From: Leptospira sp.
GTDB lineage: Bacteria > Spirochaetota > Leptospiria > Leptospirales > Leptospiraceae
Reading direction: 5' to 3'
Length of the DNA stretch: 64,000 bases
NCBI GenBank assembly: GCA_034439575.1
Contig: JAWXAQ010000016.1
Coordinates: 288,001 to 352,000, forward strand
The position numbers and the translations under genes are program-made. Each line of letters starts with the position of its first letter. Position 1 is the first letter of the stretch. The notes beneath the pieces were generated by a model. It made no database searches. It saw only the letters and a program-made list of their open reading frames with translations, and was not told the DNA's origin. Positions 61,785 to 64,000 of the stretch are shown here, piece by piece.

Positions 61785-63087
61785 CACAAAATCGGAAAGG
61801 CTTCCATACAAAGTAAGAGATATCTCTCTTGCAGATTGGGGAAGAGAAGAAATTATTTTGGCCGAAAAGGAAATGCCAGGTTTAATGGCACTTCGGGCAG
61901 AATTTGGAAAAACAAAGCCATTGAAAGGTGCAAGGATCGCAGGATCTCTTCACATGACAATTCAAACAGCAGTTTTAATTGAAACACTTATTGAGTTAGG
62001 TGCTGAAATTAGATGGTCTTCTTGCAATATTTTCTCCACACAAGATCATGCTGCATCTGCTATCGCAAAAGCAGGTATCCCCGTATTTGCTTGGAAAGGT
62101 GAAACGGAAGAAGAATACTGGTGGTGTATTGAACAAACATTATTTTTTGATAATGGTCTAGGACCAAATATGATCTTAGATGATGGTCACGACCTAACGC
62201 ATTACGTTCATGAAAAACACCCTCAACTTTTAAAAGACATCAAAGGTGTTTCCGAAGAAACAACTACAGGTGTGATCGGACTCCACAAAAAATTGAAAAA
62301 TGGTGAATTAAAAATTCCTGCGATCAATGTAAATGACTCTGTAACAAAATCAAAATTTGACAACCTCTATGGTTGCCGTGAATCACTAGCTGACGGAATT
62401 AAACGTGCAACAGACGTTATGCTTGCAGGTAAAGTGGCTCTGGTTTGTGGTTTTGGTGATGTGGGAAAAGGTTCTGCCGCATCTCTTCGTAACTTTGGTG
62501 CACGCGTTGTAGTCACAGAAATCGATCCGATTTGTGCATTACAAGCAGCTATGGAAGGTTACCAAGTTCTTAGAGTGGAAGACATCATTGAAAATGCAGA
62601 TATCATTGTAACTGCAACTGGTAATGATGATATCATTACACTTGAGCACATGAAGAGCATGAAAGATGGTTCAATTCTTTGTAACATTGGACATTTTGAT
62701 ACAGAAATCCAAATGTCTCGTTTGAACGCTGAAAAAGATGTGATCAAAAAAGAAATCAAACCACAAGTAGACAAATACACTTTCCCTAATGGCAGATCCA
62801 TTATCGTTTTAGCGGAAGGTCGATTAGTAAACTTAGGTTGTGCTACTGGTCACCCGTCATTTGTAATGTCGGCATCTTTCACAAATCAAGTCCTTGCTCA
62901 AATGGAACTATGGAATAATAAATATGAAGTAGGCGTTTACAGACTTCCAAAGAGATTGGATGAAAAAGTAGCGGCACTCCATTTGGAACAACTAGGTGTG
63001 AGATTAACAAAACTAACATCTAAACAAGCTGAATATATCGCGGTTCCTGTTGAAGGTCCTTTCAAACCAGAACACTACCGATACTAA
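61768..63087 (+). CDS. ahcY: Adenosylhomocysteinase
   Basis: [64 protein letters not shown]. Confidence 0.98.
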   Translation: MSTATSTKSERLPYKVRDISLADWGREEIILAEKEMPGLMALRAEFGKTKPLKGARIAGSLHMTIQTAVLIETLIELGAEIRWSSCNIFSTQDHAASAIAKAGIPVFAWKGETEEEYWWCIEQTLFFDNGLGPNMILDDGHDLTHYVHEKHPQLLKDIKGVSEETTTGVIGLHKKLKNGELKIPAINVNDSVTKSKFDNLYGCRESLADGIKRATDVMLAGKVALVCGFGDVGKGSAASLRNFGARVVVTEIDPICALQAAMEGYQVLRVEDIIENADIIVTATGNDDIITLEHMKSMKDGSILCNIGHFDTEIQMSRLNAEKDVIKKEIKPQVDKYTFPNGRSIIVLAEGRLVNLGCATGHPSFVMSASFTNQVLAQMELWNNKYEVGVYRLPKRLDEKVAALHLEQLGVRLTKLTSKQAEYIAVPVEGPFKPEHYRY

Positions 63088-63096
63088 AATGAAAAC

Positions 63097-63129
63097 TGCT
63101 ATGCTCGACTGTGAAATTTGGGCATAGCA
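63097..63129. other. Intercistronic stem-loop between ahcY and ferredoxin
   Basis: TGCTATGCTCGA...TTGGGCATAGCA (with G-U pairs); no plus-strand U-tract. Confidence 0.55.
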
Positions 63130-63145
63130 AAATTAGGAGAAAAGA

Positions 63146-63445
63146 ATGGCTTACGTTGTAACTGAAATATGTGTGGATTGTAAGTATACAAGTTGTGCGG
63201 CAGTTTGTCCAGTGGAGGCTTTCCATGAAGCAGCTGACACATTATATATAGATCCAGATGCTTGCATTGACTGTAACGCTTGTCAGTATGAATGTCCTAT
63301 AGAAGCAATTTTTCCAGATTATGATGTTCCGGAAAAATTCAAAGGTGACATTGAACTGAACGCTAAGGAAGCGAGTAAATATCCTGTCATAGTAAATACA
63401 AAGCCCCCACTCAAAGGGCCAAAGTGTTCAGATTCTAGCAAATAA
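63146..63445 (+). CDS. Dicluster (7Fe/8Fe) ferredoxin, FdxA-like
   Basis: CVDCKYTSCAAVCPV and CIDCNACQYECP; AGGAG SD. Confidence 0.92.
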   Translation: MAYVVTEICVDCKYTSCAAVCPVEAFHEAADTLYIDPDACIDCNACQYECPIEAIFPDYDVPEKFKGDIELNAKEASKYPVIVNTKPPLKGPKCSDSSK

Positions 63446-63454
63446 ATTTTTTTA

Positions 63455-63476
63455 TCGCAGAGGGTTTTCTCTGCGA
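63455..63476. other. Intercistronic stem-loop between ferredoxin and metH
   Basis: TCGCAGAG-GGTTTT-CTCTGCGA perfect 8-bp stem. Confidence 0.55.
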
Positions 63477-63502
63477 ACTTCCTTGATATAAATTATAACA
63501 TT

Positions 63503-64000
63503 ATGAAACACGAATATACAAATCCCGCCGCCAAAAGTCTTTTAAAGTTATTACAAGAAAAAATTCTCATTCTCGATGGGGCTATGGGTACAATGATCCA
63601 AAGGCATGCGCTCGAGGAGGATGATTTTCGCGGAGAAAGATTTAAGGATTGGAAATTATCTGTAAAAGGTAACAATGATATGTTGGCAATTACTAGACCA
63701 GATATCATTGAAAGTGTCCACTTGGAATATTTAGAAGCGGGTGCTGATATCATTGAAACAAATACATTTAGTTCCAATTCCATTTCCCAAGCGGATTATC
63801 ATATGGAATCAGCAGTCAGAGATTTGAATTTGGCTGCTGTAGAATGTGCAAAAAAAGCAGTCCAAAAATTTAAAGAAAAATCAGGCAAAACCGAAGTATT
63901 TATTGCTGGGTCCATTGGCCCAACAGTTAAAACTTCTTCACTTTCACCAGATGTCAATAATCCCGCTTTCCGAGCTGTCACATTTGATCAGTTAGTTGAT
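63503..64000 (+). CDS. metH: Cobalamin-dependent methionine synthase, N-terminal part (runs off window; absent from ORF track)
   Basis: Translated by hand from ATG 63503: MKHEY...[13 protein letters not shown]...KGNNDML...[14 protein letters not shown]...AGSIGPT...[19 protein letters not shown]. Confidence 0.95.
   Translation, partial: MKHEYTNPAAKSLLKLLQEKILILDGAMGTMIQRHALEEDDFRGERFKDWKLSVKGNNDMLAITRPDIIESVHLEYLEAGADIIETNTFSSNSISQADYHMESAVRDLNLAAVECAKKAVQKFKEKSGKTEVFIAGSIGPTVKTSSLSPDVNNPAFRAVTFDQLVD

Noticed and set aside
63477-63490. Second SahR operator upstream of metH
   Set aside because: Only the right half-site (CTTGATAT) is present; the left half is absent.
1-64000. CRISPR array, IS/transposase, integrase, prophage, tRNA/rRNA
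   Set aside because: I saw no regularly spaced repeats, recombinase or transposase motifs, phage genes or cloverleaf/rRNA sequence by eye. Intergenic gaps are mostly too short.

Overview
AT-rich, gene-dense bacterial DNA whose gene content points to Leptospira, probably a saprophytic species. Supporting content: DUF1564- and Lsa36-like genes, spirochaete-type lipoproteins and a mitochondrial-type aconitase. The set queA, acn, efp, ahcY and metH suggests the small chromosome (inference). About 65 CDS are present. Housekeeping and metabolic genes: queA, aconitase, epmA/epmB/efp, mtnB, msrB, corA, cutA, pnuC, a DEAD-box helicase and sahR-ahcY-fdx-metH. Envelope genes: Omp85, a TonB-dependent receptor, a GT87-GT4-GT-C-MBOAT-SGNH glycan-modification operon, an NHL/LamG lipoprotein, and C1 and M61 peptidases. 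Signalling genes: two MCPs, a hybrid kinase and an OmpR-family regulator. I found no rRNA, tRNA, CRISPR array, IS or prophage. The most unusual feature is an unannotated ~180-nt element at 52594-52810. It has its own sigma70-like promoter, a 15-nt match to the 16S rRNA 3' tail, an 18-codon ORF and a structured 3' domain with alternative or pseudoknot pairings. Other points are a frameshifted SDR, clear operator palindromes upstream of sahR, an MCP and pirin, a yqjDEK-like trio, and an atypical nucleotidyltransferase gene pair. All family calls come from motif recognition by eye; no database search was run.
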